Origin: the human T2T-CHM13v2.0 reference genome, Homo sapiens
Direction: 5' to 3' (one strand)
DNA length: 64,000 nt
Assembly: GCF_009914755.1 (NCBI RefSeq)
Contig: NC_060925.1
The notes under the pieces were generated by a model. That model did no database searches and was not told where the DNA came from. It worked only from the letters and a program-made list of their open reading frames with translations. Position 1 is the stretch's first letter. Each line of letters opens with the position of its first letter. Positions 38,601 to 52,499 of this stretch are shown here, in pieces. The translations under genes and the position numbers were made by a program.

Positions 38601-41600
38601 AAATTCCACAAAAACAGTGTTTCAAATCTGCTCTCTCTAAATGAAAGTTCAACTCTGTCAGTTGAATACACACAACACAAGGAAGTTACTGAGAATTCTT
38701 CTGTCTAGCATAATATGAAGAAATCCCGTTTCCAACGAAGGCCTCAAAGGGGTCTGAATATCCACTTGCAGACTTTATAAACAGAGTGTTTACTAACTGC
38801 TCTATGAAAAGAAAGGTTAAACTCTGTGAGTTGAACACACACATCACAAAGGAGTTTCTGAGAATCATTCTGTCTAGTTTTTCTACGAAGATATTTCCTT
38901 TTCTACTATTGACCTCAAAGCGGCTGAAATCTCCACTTGCAAATTCCACAAAAAGAGTGTTTCAAGTCTGCTCTGTGTAAAGGATCGTTCAACTCTGTGA
39001 GTTGAGTACACACAACACAAGGAAGTTACTGAGAATTCTTCTGTCTAGCAGAATATGAAGAAATCCCGTTTCCAACGAAGGCCTCAAGGAGGTCTGAATA
39101 TCCACTTGCAGACTTTACAAACAGAGTGTTTCCTAACTGCTCTATGAACAGAAAGGTTAAACTCTGTGAGTTGAACGCACACATCACAAAGGAGTTTCTG
39201 AGAATCATTCTGTCTAGTCTTTATACGAAGATATTTACTTTTCTACCATTGACCTCAAAGCGGCTGAAATCTCCACTTGCAAATTCCACAAAAAGAGTGT
39301 TTCAAGTCTGCTCTGTGTAAAGGATCATTCAACTCTGTGAGTTGAATAAACACAACACAAGGAAGTTACTGAGAATTCTTCTGTCTAGCAGAATATGAAG
39401 AAATCCCGTTTCCAACGAAGGCCTCAAGGAGGTCTGAATATCCACTTGCAGACTTTACAAACAGAGTGTTTCCTAACTGCTCTATGAGAAGAAAAGTTAA
39501 ACTCTGTGAGTTGAACGCACACATCACAAAGGAGTTTATGAGAATCATTCTGTCTAGTTTCTATAAGAAGATATTTCCTATTCTACCATTGACCTCAAAG
39601 CGGCTGAAATCTCCACTTGCAAATTCGACAAAAAGAGTGTTTCAAGCCTGCTCTCTGTAAAGGATCCTTCAACTCTGTGAGTTGAATACACACAACACAA
39701 GGAAGTTACTGAGAATTATTCTGTCTAGCATAATATGAAGAAATCCCGTTTCCAACGAAGGCCTCAAAGAGGTCTGAATATCCACTTGCAGACTTTACAA
39801 ACAGAGTGTTTCCTAACTGCTCTATGAGAAGAAAAGTTAAACTCTGTGAGTTGAACGCACACATCACAAAAGATTTTCTGAGAATCATTCTGTCTAGTCT
39901 TTATATGAAGATAGTTTCCTTTTCTACCATTGACCTCAAAGCGGCTGAAATCTCCACTTGCAAATTCCACAAAAAGAGTGTTTCAAGTCTGCTCTGTGTA
40001 AAGGATCGTTCAACTCTGTGAGTTGAATACACACAACACAAGGAAGTTACTGAGAATTATTCTGTCTAGCAGAATATGAAGAAATCCCGTTTCCAACGAA
40101 GGCCACAAGATGTCAGAATATCCACTTACAGACTTTACAAACAGAGTGTTTCCTAACTGCTCTATGAACAGAAAGGTTAAACTCTGTGAGTTGAACGAAC
40201 ACATCACAACGCAGTTTGTGGGAATGATTCTGTCTAGTTTTGAAACGAAGATATTTCCTTTTCTGCCGTTGACCTTAAAGCGCTTGAAATCTACACTTGC
40301 AAATTGCACAAATAGAGTGTTTCAAATCTGCTCTGTCTAAGGGAACGTTCAACTCTGTGAGTTGAATGCACACAACACAAGGAAGTTACTGGGAATTCTT
40401 CTGTCTAGCCTTACATGAAAAAAACCCGTTTCCAACGAAGGCCTCTAAGTGGTCAAAATATCCACGTGCAGACTTTACAAACAGAGTGTTTCCAAACCGC
40501 TGAATGAAAAGAAAAGTTAAACTCTGAGAGTTGAACGCACACATCACGCAGCAGTTTCTGAGAATGATTCTGTCTAGTTTTTATACGAAGATATTTCCTT
40601 TTCTGCCTTTGGCCTCAAAGCGCTTGAAATCTCCACTGGCAAATTCCACAAAAACAGTGTTTCAAATCTGCTCTCTCTAAATGAAAGTTCAACTCTGTCA
40701 GTTGAATACACACAACACAAGGAAGTTACTGAGAATTCTTCTGTCTAGCATAATATGAAGAAATCCCGTTTCCAACGAAGGCCTCAAAGGGGTCTGAATA
40801 TCCATTTGCAGACTTTATAAACAGAGTGTTTACTAACTGCTCTATGAAAAGAATGGTTAAACTCTGTGAGTTGAACACACACATCACAAAGGAGTTTCTG
40901 AGAATCATTCTGTCTAGTTTTTCTACGAAGATATTTCCTTTTCTACTATTGACCTCAAAGCGGCTGAAATCTCCACTTGCAAATTCCACAGAAAGAGTGT
41001 TTCAAGTCTGCTCTGTGTAAAGGATCGTTCAACTCTGTGAGTTGAATACACACAACACAAGGAAGTTACTGAGAATTCTTCTGTCTAGCAGAATATGAAG
41101 AAATCCGGTTTCCAACGAAGGCCTCAAGGAGGTCTGAATATCCACTTGCAGACTTTACAAACAGAGTGTTTCCTAACTGCTCTATGAACAGAAAGGTTAA
41201 ACTCTGTGAGTTGAACACACACATCACAAAGGAGTTTCTGAGAATCATTCTGTCTAGTCTTTATACGAAGATATTTACTTTTCTACCGTTGACCTCAAAG
41301 CGGCTGAAGTCTCCACTTGCAATTTCCACAAAAAGAGTGTTTCAAGTCTGCTCTGTGTAAAGGATCATTCAACTCTGTGAGTTGAATAAACACAACACAA
41401 GGAAGTTACTGAGAATTCTTCTGTCTAGCAGAATATGAAGAAATCCCGTTTCCAACGAAGGCCTCAAGGAGGTCTGAATATCCACTTGCAGACTTTACAA
41501 ACAGAGTGTTTCCTAACTTCTCTATGAAAAGAAAGGTTAAACTCTGTGAGTTGAACGCACACATCACAATGGAGTTTATGAGAATCATTCTGTCTAGTTT

Positions 41601-44600
41601 CTATAAGAAGATATTTCCTATTCTACCATTGACCTCAAAGCGGCTGAAATCTCCACTTGCAAATTCCACAAAAAGAGTGTTTCAAGCCTGCTCTCTGTAA
41701 AGGATCCTTCAACTCTGTGAGTTGAATACACACAACACAAGGAAGTTACTGAGAATTATTCTGTCTAGCATAATATGAAGAAATCCCGTTTCCAACGAAG
41801 GCCTCAAAGAGGTCTGAATATCCACTTGCAGACTTTACAAACAGAGTGTTTCCTAACTGCTCTATGAGAAGAAAAGTTAAACTCTGTGAGTTGAACGCAC
41901 ACATCACAAAAGATTTTCTGAGAATCATTCTGTCTAGTCTTTATATGAAGGTAGTTTCCTTTTCTACCATTGACCTCAAAGCGGCTGAAATCTCCACTTG
42001 CAAATTTCACAAAAAGAGTGTTTCAAGTCTGCTCTGTGTAAAGGATCGTTCAACTCTGTGAGTTGAATACACACAACACAAGGAAGTTACTGAGAATTCT
42101 TCTGTCTAGCAGAATATGAAGAAATCCCGTTTCCAACGAAGGCCACAAGATGTCAGAATATCCACTTACAGACTTTACAAACAGAGTGTTTCCTAACTGC
42201 TCTATGAACAGAAAGGTTAAACTCTGTGAGTTGAACGAACACATCACAACGCAGTTTGTGGGAATGATTCTGTCTAGTTTTGAAACGAAGATATTTCCTT
42301 TTCTGCCGTTGATCTTAAAGAGCTTGAAAACTACACTTGCAAATTGCACAAATAGAGTGTTTCAAATCTGCTCTGTCTAAGGGAACGTTCAACTCTGTGA
42401 GTTGAATGCACACAACACAAGGAAGTTACTGGGAATTCTTCTGTCTAGCCTTACATGAAAAAAACCCGTTTCCAACGAAGGCCTCTAAGTGGTCAAAATT
42501 TCCACGTGCAGACTTTACAAACAGAGTGTTTCCAAACCGCTGAATGAAAAGAAAAGTTAAACTCTGAGAGTTGAACGCACACATCACGCAGCAGTTTCTG
42601 AGAATGATTCTGTCTAGTTTTTATACGAAGATATTTCCTTTTCTGCCTTTGGCCCCAAAGCGCTTGAAATCTCCACTGGCAAATTCCACAAAAACAGTGT
42701 TTCAAATCTGCTCTCTCTAAATGAAAGTTCAACTCTGTCAGTTGAATACACACAACACAAGGAAGTTACTGAGAATTCTTCTGTCTAGCATAATATGAAG
42801 AAATCCCGTTTCCAACGAAGGCCTCAAAGGGGTCTGAATATCCACTTGCAGACTTTATAAACAGAGTGTTTACTAACTGCTCTATGAAAAGAATGGTTAA
42901 ACTCTGTGAGTTGAACACACACATCACAAAGGAGTTTCTGAGAATCATTCTGTCTAGTTTTTCTACGAAGATATTTCCTTTTCTACTATTGACCTCAAAG
43001 CGGCTGAAATCTCCACTTGCAAATTCCACAGAAAGAGTGTTTCAAGTCTGCTCTGTGTAAAGGATCGTTCAACTCTGTGAGTTGAATACACACAACACAA
43101 GGAAGTTACTGAGAATTCTTCTGTCTAGCAGAATAGGAAGAAATCCCGTTTCCAACGAAGGCCTCAAAGAGGTCTGAATATCCACTTGCAGACTTTACAA
43201 ACAGAGTGTTTCCTAACTGCTCTATGAAAAGAAAGGTTAAACTCTGTGAGTTGAACGCACGCATCACAAAGGAGTTTCTGAGAATCATTCTGTCTAGTTT
43301 CTATAGGAAGATATTTCCTATTCTACCATTGACCTCAAAGCGGCTGAAATCTCCACTTGCAAATTCCACAAAAAGAGTGTTTCAAGTCTGCTCTGTGTAA
43401 AGGATCGTTCAACTCTGTGAGTTGAATACACACAACACAAGGAAGTTACTGAGAATTCTTCTGTCTAGCAGAATATGAAGAAATCCCGTTTCCAACGAAG
43501 GCCTCAAGGAGGTCTGAATATCCACTTGCAGACTTTACAAACAGAGTGTTTCCTAACTGCTCTATGAACAGAAAGGTTAAACTCTGTGAGTTGAACGCAC
43601 ACATCACAAAGGAGTTTCTGAGAATCATTCTGTCTAGTCTTTATACGAAGATATTTACTTTTCTACCATTGACCTCAAAGCGGCTGAAATCTCCACTGGC
43701 AAATTCCACAAAAAGAGTGTTTCAAGTCTGCTCTGTGTAAAGGATCATTCAACTCTGTGAGTTGAATAAACACAACACAAGGAAGTTACTGAGAATTCTT
43801 CTGTCTAGCAGAATATGAAGAAATCCCGTTTCCAACGAAGGCCTCAAGGAGGTCTGAATATCCACTTGCAGACTTTACAAACAGAGTGTTTCCTAACTGC
43901 TCTATGAACAGAAAGGTTAAACTCTGTGAGTTGAACGCACACATCACAAAGGAGTTTATGAGAATCATTCTGTCTAGTTTCTATAAGAAGATATTTCCTA
44001 TTCTACCATTGACCTCAAAGCGGCTGAAATCTCCACTTGCAAATTCGACAAAAAGAGTGTTTCAAGCCTGCTCTCTGTAAAGGATCCTTCAACTCTGTGA
44101 GTTGAATACACACAACACAAGGAAGTTACTGAGAATTATTCTGTCTAGCATAATATGAAGAAATCCCGTTTCCAACGAAGGCCTCAAAGAGGTCTGAATA
44201 TCCACTTGCAGACTTTACAAACAGAGTGTTTCCTAACTGCTCTATGAGAAGAAAAGTTAAACTCTGTGAGTTGAACGCACACATCACAAAAGATTTTCTG
44301 AGAATCATTCTGTCTAGTCTTTATATGAAGATAGTTTCCTTTTCTACCATTGACCTCAAAGCGGCTGAAATCTCCACTTGCAAATTCCACAAAAAGAGTG
44401 TTTCAAGTCTGCTCTGTGTAAAGGATCGTTCAACTCTGTGAGTTGAATACACACAACACAAGGAAGTTACTGAGAATTCTTCTGTCTAGCAGAATAGGAA
44501 GAAATCCCGTTTCCAACGAAGGCCACAAGATGTCAGAATATCCACTTACAGACTTTACAAACAGAGTGTTTCCTAACTGCTCTATGAACAGAAAGGTTAA

Positions 44601-47600
44601 ACTCTGTGAGTTGAACGAACACATCACAACGCAGTTTGTGGGAATGATTCTGTCTTGTTTTGAAAGGAAGATATTTCCTTTTCTGCCGTTGACCTTAAAG
44701 CGCTTGAAATCTACACTTGCAAATTGCACAAATAGGCTGTTTCAAATCTGCTCTGTCTAAGGGAACGTTCAACTCTGTGAGTTGAATGCACACAACACAA
44801 GGAAGTTACTGGGAATTCTTCTGTCTAGCCTTACATGAAAAAAACCCGTTTCCAACGAAGGCCTCTAAGTGGTCAAAATATCCACGTGCAGACTTTACAA
44901 ACAGAGTGTTTCCAAACCGCTGAATGAAAAGAAAAGTTAAACTCTGAGAGTTGAACGCACACATCACGCAGCAGTTTCTGAGAATGATTCTGTCTAGTTT
45001 TTATACGAAGATATTTCCTTTTCTGCCTTTGGCCCCAAAGCGCATGAAATCTCCACTTGCAAATTCCACAAAAACAGTGTTTCAAATCTGCTCTCTCTAA
45101 ATGAAAGTTCAACTCTGTCAGTTGAATACTCACAACACAAGGAAGTTACTGAGAATTCTTTTGTCTTGCAGAATATGAAGAAATCCCGTTTCCAACGAAG
45201 GCCTCAAAGGGGTCTGAATATCCACTTGCAGACTTTATAAACAGAGTGTTTACTAACTGCTCTATGAAAAGAAAGGTTAAACTCTGTGAGTTGAACACAC
45301 ACATCACAAAGGAGTTTCTGAGAATCATTCTGTCTAGTTTTTCTACGAAGATATTTCCTTTTCTACTATTGACCTCAAAGCGGCTGAAATCTCCACTTGC
45401 AAATTCCACAAAAAGAGTGTTTCAAGTCTGCTCTGTGTAAAGGATCGTTCAACTCTGTGAGTTGAGTACACACAACACAAGGAAGTTACTGAGAATTCTT
45501 CTGTCTAGCAGAATATGAAGAAATCCCGTTTCCAACGAAGGCCTCAAGGAGGTCTGAATATCCACTTGCAGACTTTACAAACAGAGTGTTTCCTAACTGC
45601 TCTATGAACAGAAAGGTTAAACTCTGTGAGTTGAACGCACACATCACAAAGGAGTTTCTGAGAATCATTCTGTCTAGTCTTTATACGAAGATATTTACTT
45701 TTCTACCATTGACCTCAAAGCGGCTGAAATCTCCACTTGCAAATTCCACAAAAAGAGTGTTTCAAGTCTGCTCTGTGTAAAGGATCATTCAACTCTGTGA
45801 GTTGAATAAACACAACACAAGGAAGTTACTGAGAATTCTTCTGTCTAGCAGAATATGAAGAAATCCCGTTTCCAACGAAGGCCTCAAGGAGGTCTGAATA
45901 TCCACTTGCAGACTTTTCAAACAGAGTGTTTCCTAACTGCTCTATGAAAAGAAAGGTTAAACTCTGTGAGTTGAACGCACACATCACAAAGGAGTTTATG
46001 AGAATCATTCTGTCTAGTTTCTATAAGAAGATATTTCCTATTCTACCATTGACCTCAAAGCGGCTGAAATCTCCACTTGCAAATTCGACAAAAAGAGTGT
46101 TTCAAGCCTGCTCTCTGTAAAGGATCCTTCAACTCTGTGAGTTGAATACACACAACACAAGGAAGTTACTGAGAATTATTCTGTCTAGCATAATATGAAG
46201 AAATCCCGTTTCCAACGAAGGCCTCAAAGAGGTCTGAATATCCACTTGCACACTTTACAAACAGAGTGTTTCCTAACTGCTCTATGAGAAGAAAAGTTAA
46301 ACTCTGTGAGTTGAACGCACACATCACAAAAGATTTTCTGAGAATCATTCTGTCTAGTCTTTATATGAAGATAGTTTCCTTTTCTACCATTGACCTCAAA
46401 GCGGCTGAAATCTCCAGTTGCAAATTCCACAAAAAGAGTGTTTCAAGTCTGCTCTGTGTAAAGGATCGTTCAACTCTGTGAGTTGAATACACACAACACA
46501 AGGAAGTTACTGAGAATTCTTCTGTCTAGCAGAATATGAAGAAATCCCGTTTCCAACGAAGGCCACAAGATGTCAGAATATCCACTTACAGACTTTACAA
46601 ACAGAGTGTTTCCTAACTGCTCTATGAACAGAAAGGTTAAACTCTGTGAGTTGAACGAACACATCACAACGCAGTTTGTGGGAATGATTCTGTCTAGTTT
46701 TGAAACGAAGATATTTCCTTTTCTGCCGTTGACCTTAAAGCGCTTGAAATCTACACTTGCAAATTGCACAAATAGAGTGTTTCAAATCTGCTCTGTCTAA
46801 GGGAACGTTCAACTCTGTGAGTTGAATGCACACAACACAAGGAAGTTACTGGGAATTCTTCTGTCTAGCCTTACATGAAAAAAACCCGTTTCCAACGAAG
46901 GCCTCTAAGTGGTCAAAATATCCACGTGCAGACTTTACAAACAGAGTGTTTCCAAACCGCTGAATGAAAAGAAAAGTTAAACTCTGAGAGTTGAACGCAC
47001 ACATCACGCAGCAGTTTCTGAGAATGATTCTGTCTAGTTTTTATACGAAGATATTTCCTTTTCTGCCTTTGGCCCCAAAGCGCTTGAAATCTCCACTGGC
47101 AAATTCCACAAAAACAGTGTTTCAAATCTGCTCTCTCTAAATGAAAGTTCAACTCTGTCAGTTGAATACACACAACACAAGGAAGTTACTGAGAATTCTT
47201 CTGTCTAGCATAATATGAAGAAATCCCGTTTCCAACGAAGGCCTCAAAGGGGTCTGAATATCCACTTGCAGACTTTATAAACAGAGTGTTTACTAACTGC
47301 TCTATGAAAAGAATGGTTAAACTCTGTGAGTTGAACACACACATCACAAAGGAGTTTCTGAGAATCATTATGTCTAGTTTTTCTACGAAGATATTTCCTT
47401 TTCTACTATTGACCTCAAAGCGGCTGAAATCTCCACTTGCAAATTCCACAAAAAGAGTGTTTCAAGTCTGCTCTGTGTAAAGGATCGTTCAACTCTGTGA
47501 GTTGAATACACACAACACAAGGAAGTTACTGAGAATTCTTCTGTCTAGCAGAATATGAAGAAATCCCGTTTCCAACGAAGGCCTCAAGGAGGTCTGAATA

Positions 47601-50600
47601 TCCACTTGCAGACTTTACAAACAGAGTGTTTCCTAACTGCTCTATGAACAGAAAGGTTAAACTCTGTGAGTTGAACACACACATCACAAAGGAGTTTCTG
47701 AGAATCATTCTGTCTAGTCTTTATACGAAGATATTTACTTTTCTACCATTGACCTCAAAGCGGCTGAAATCTCCACTTGCAATTTCCACAAAAAGAGTGT
47801 TTCAAGTCTGCTCTGTGTAAAGGATCATTCAACTCTGTGAGTTGAATAAGCACAACACAAGGAAGTTACTGAGAATTCTTCTGTCTAGCAGAATATGAAG
47901 AAATCCCGTTTCCAACGAAGGCCTCAAGGAGGTCTGAATATCCACTTGCAGACTTTACAAACAGAGTGTTTCCTAACTGCTCTATGAAAAGAAAGGTTAA
48001 ACTCTGTGAGTTGAACGCACACATCACAAAGGAGTTCATGAGAATCATTCTGTCTAGTTTCTATAAGAAGATATTTCCTATTCTACCATTGACCTCAAAG
48101 CGGCTGAAATCTCCACTTGCAAATTCGACAAAAAGAGTGTTTCAAGCCTGCTCTCTGTAAAGGATCCTTCAACTCTGTGAGTTGAATACACACAACACAA
48201 GGAAGTTACTGAGAATTATTCTGTCTAGCATAATATGAAGAAATCCCGTTTCCAACGAAGGCCTCAAAGAGGTCTGAATATCCACTTGCAGACTTTACAA
48301 ACAGAGTGTTTCCTAACTGCTCTATGAGAAGAAAAGTTAAACTCTGTGAGTTGAACGCACACATCACAAAAGATTTTCTGAGAATCATTCTGTCTAGTCT
48401 TTATATGAAGATAGTTTCCTTTTCTACCATTGACCTCAAAGCGGCTGAAATCTCCACTTGCAAATTCCACAAAAAGAGTGTTTCAAGTCTGCTCTGTGTA
48501 AAGGATCGTTCAACTCTGTGAGTTGAATACACACAACACAAGGAAGTTACTGAGAATTCTTCTGTCTAGCAGAATAGGAAGAAATCCCGTTTCCAACGAA
48601 GGCCACAAGATGTCAGAATATCCACTTACAGACTTTACAAACAGAGTGTTTCCTAACTGCTCTATGAACAGAAAGGTTAAACTCTGTGAGTTGAACGAAC
48701 ACATCACAACGCAGTTTGTGGGAATGATTCTGTCTAGTTTTGAAACGAAGATATTTCCTTTTCTGCCGTTGACCTTAAAGCGCTTGAAATCTACAATTGC
48801 AAATTGCACAAATAGAGTGTTTCAAATCTGCTCTGTCTAAGGGAACGTTCAACTCTGTGAGTTGAATGCACACAACACAAGGAAGTTACTGGGAATTCTT
48901 CTGTCTAGCCTTAAATGAAAAAAACCCGTTTCCAACGAAGGCCTCTAAGTGGTCAAAATTTCCACGTGCAGACTTTACAAACAGAGTGTTTCCAAACCGC
49001 TGAATGAAAAGAAAAGTTAAACTCTGAGAGTTGAACGCACACATCACGCAGCAGTTTCTGAGAATGATTCTGTCTAGTTTTTATACGAAGATATTTCCTT
49101 TTCTGCCTTTGGCCCCAAAGCGCTTGAAATCTCCACTTGCAAATTCCACAAAAACAGTGTTTCAAATCTGCTCTCTCTAAATGAAAGTTCAACTCTGTCA
49201 GTTGAATACACACAACACAAGGAAGTTACTGAGAATTCTTCTGTCTAGCATAATATGAAGAAATCCCGTTTCCAACGAAGGCCTCAAAGGGGTCTGAATA
49301 TCCACTTGCAGACTTTATAAACAGAGTGTTTACTAACTGCTCTATGAAAAGAAAGGTTAAACTCTGTGAGTTGAACACACACATCACAAAGGAGTTTCTG
49401 AGAATCATTCTGTCTAGTTTTTCTACGAAGATATTTCCTTTTCTACTATTGACCTCAAAGCGGCTGAAATCTCCAATTGCAAATTCCACAAAAAGAGTGT
49501 TTCAAGTCTGCTCTGTGTAAAGGATCGTTCAACTCTGTGAGTTGAATACACACAACACAAGGAAGTTACTGAGAATTCTTCTGTCTAGCAGAATATGAAG
49601 AAATCCCGTTTCCAACGAAGGCCTCAAGGAGGTCTGAATATCCACTTGCAGACTTTACAAACAGAGTGTTTCCTAACTGCTCTATGAACAGAAAGGTTAA
49701 ACGCTGTGAGTTGAACGCACACATCACAAAGGAGTTTCTGAGAATCATTCTGTCTAGTCTTTATACGAAGATATTTACTTTTCTACCATTGACCTCAAAG
49801 CGGCTGAAATCTCCACTTGCAAATTCCACAAAAAGAGTGTTTCAAGTCTGCTCTGTGTAAAGGATCATTCAACTCTGTGAGTTGAATAAACACAACACAA
49901 GGAAGTTACTGAGAATTCTTCTGTCTAGCAGAATATGAAGAAATCCCGTTTCCAACGAAGGCCTCAAGGAGGTCTGAATATCCACTTGCAGACTTTACAA
50001 ACAGAGTGTTTCCTAACTGCTCTATGAAAAGAAAGGTTAAACTCTGTGAGTTGAACGCACACATCCCAATGGAGTTTATGAGAATCATTCTGTCTAGTTT
50101 CTATAAGAAGATATTTCCTATTCTACCATTGACCTCAAAGCGGCTGAAATCTCCACTTGCAAATTCGACAAAAAGAGTGTTTCAAGCCTGCTCTCTGTAA
50201 AGGATCCTTCAACTCTGTGAGTTGAATACACACAACACAAGGAAGTTACTGAGAATTATTCTGTCTAGCATAATATGAAGAAATCCCGTTTCCAACGAAG
50301 GCCTCAAAGAGGTCTGAATATCCACTTGCAGACTTTACAAACAGAGTGTTTCCTAACTGCTCTATGAGAAGAAAAGTTAAACTCTGTGAGTTGAACGCAC
50401 ACATCACAAAAGATTTTCTGAGAATCATTCTGTCTAGTCTTTATATGAAGGTAGTTTCCTTTTCTACCATTGACCTCAAAGCGGCTGAAATCTCCACTTG
50501 CAAATTCCACAAAAAGTGTGTTTCAAGTCTGCTCTGTGTAAAGGATCGTTCAACTCTGTGAGTTGAATACACACAACACAAGGAAGTTACTGAGAATTCT

Positions 50601-51670
50601 TCTGTCTAGCAGAATATGAAGAAATCCCGTTTCCAACGAAGGCCACAAGATGTCAGAATATCCACTTACAGACTTTACAAACAGAGTGTTTCCTAACTGC
50701 TCTATGAACAGAAAGGTTAAACTCTGTGAGTTGAACGAACACATCACAACGCAGTTTGTGGGAATGATTCTGTCTAGTTTTGAAACGAAGATATTTCCTT
50801 TTCTGCCGTTGATCTTAAAGAGCTTGAAAACTACACTTGCAAATTGCACAAATAGAGTGTTTCAAATCTGCTCTGTCTAAGGGAACGTTCAACTCTGTGA
50901 GTTGAATGCACACAACACAAGGAAGTTACTGGGAATTCTTCTGTCTAGCCTTACATGAAAAAAACCCGTTTCCAACGAAGGCCTCTAAGTGGTCAAAATT
51001 TCCACGTGCAGACTTTACAAACAGAGTGTTTCCAAACCGCTGAATGAAAAGAAAAGTTAAACTCTGAGAGTTGAACGCACACATCACGCAGCAGTTTCTG
51101 AGAATGATTCTGTCTAGTTTTTATACGAAGATATTTCCTTTTCTGCCTTTGGCCCCAAAGCGCTTGAAATCTCCACTTGCAAATTCCACAAAAACAGTGT
51201 TTCAAATCTGCTCTCTCTAAATGAAAGTTCAACTCTGTCAGTTGAATACACACAACACAAGGAAGTTACTGAGAATTCTTCTGTCTAGCATAATATGAAG
51301 AAATCCCGTTTCCAACGAAGGCCTCAAAGGTGTCTGAATATCCACTTGCAGACTTTATAAACAGAGTGTTTACTAACTGCTCTATGAAAAGAAACGTTAA
51401 ACTCTGTGAGTTGAACACACACATCACAAAGGAGTTTCTGAGAATCATTCTGTCTAGTTTTTCTACGAAGATATTTCCTTTTCTACTATTGACCTCAAAG
51501 CGGCTGAAATCTCCACTTGCAAATTCCACAAAAAGAGTGTTTCACGTCTGCTCTGTGTAAAGGATCGTTCAACTCTGTGAGTTGAATACACACAACACAA
51601 GGAAGTTACTGAGAATTCTTCTGTCTAGCAGAATATGAAGCAATCCCGTTTCCAACGAAGGCCTCAAAGA
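32633..51670 (-). repeat. Mixed 14-mer (2380 bp, A-B-C-D-E-G-F) and 12-mer (2040 bp, A-B-C-D-E-F) HORs
   Basis: A-dimer markers at 32668, 35048, 37428, 39466, 41506, 43886, 45926, 47966 and 50006 give spacings of 2380, 2380, 2038, 2040, 2380, 2040, 2040, 2040. Confidence 0.92.
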
Positions 51671-52499
51671 GGTCTGAATATCCACTTGCAGACTTTACAA
51701 ACAGAGTGTTTCCTAACTGCTCTATGAAAAGAAAGGTTAAACTCTGTGAGTTGAACGCACACATCACAAAGCAGTTTCTGAGAATCGTTCTGTCTAGTTT
51801 CTATAGGAAGATATTTCCTATTCTACCATTGACCTCAAAGCGGCTGAAATCTCCACTTGCAAATTCCACAAAAAGAATGTTTCAAGTCTGCTCTGTGTAA
51901 AGGATCGTTCAACTCTGTGAGTTGAATACACACAACACAAGGAAGTTACTGAGAATTCTTCTGTCTAGCATAATATGAAGAAATCCCGTTTCCAATGAAG
52001 GCCTCAAAGAGGTCTGAATATCCACTTGCAGATTTTACAAACAGAGTGTTTCCTAACGGCTCTATGAAATGAAAAGTTAAACTCTGTGAGTTGAACGCAC
52101 ACATCACAAAGGAGTTTATGAGAATCATTCTGTCTAGTCTTTATACGAAGATATTTCCTTTTCTACCATTGACCTCAAAGCGGCTGAAATCTCCAATTGC
52201 AAATTCCACAAAAAGAGTGTTTCAAGTCTGCTCTGTGTAAAGGATCGTTCAACTCTGTGAGTTGAATACACACAACACAAGGAAGTTACTGCGAATTCTT
52301 CTGTCTAGCAGAATATGAAGAAATCCCGTTTCCAACGAAGGCCTCAAGGAGGTCTGAATATCCACTTGCAGACTTTACAAACAGAGTGTTTCCTAACTGC
52401 TCTATGAACAGAAAGGTTAAACTCTGTGAGTTGAACGCACACATCGCAAAGGAGTTTCTGAGAATCATTCTGTCTAGTCTTCATACGAAGATATTTACT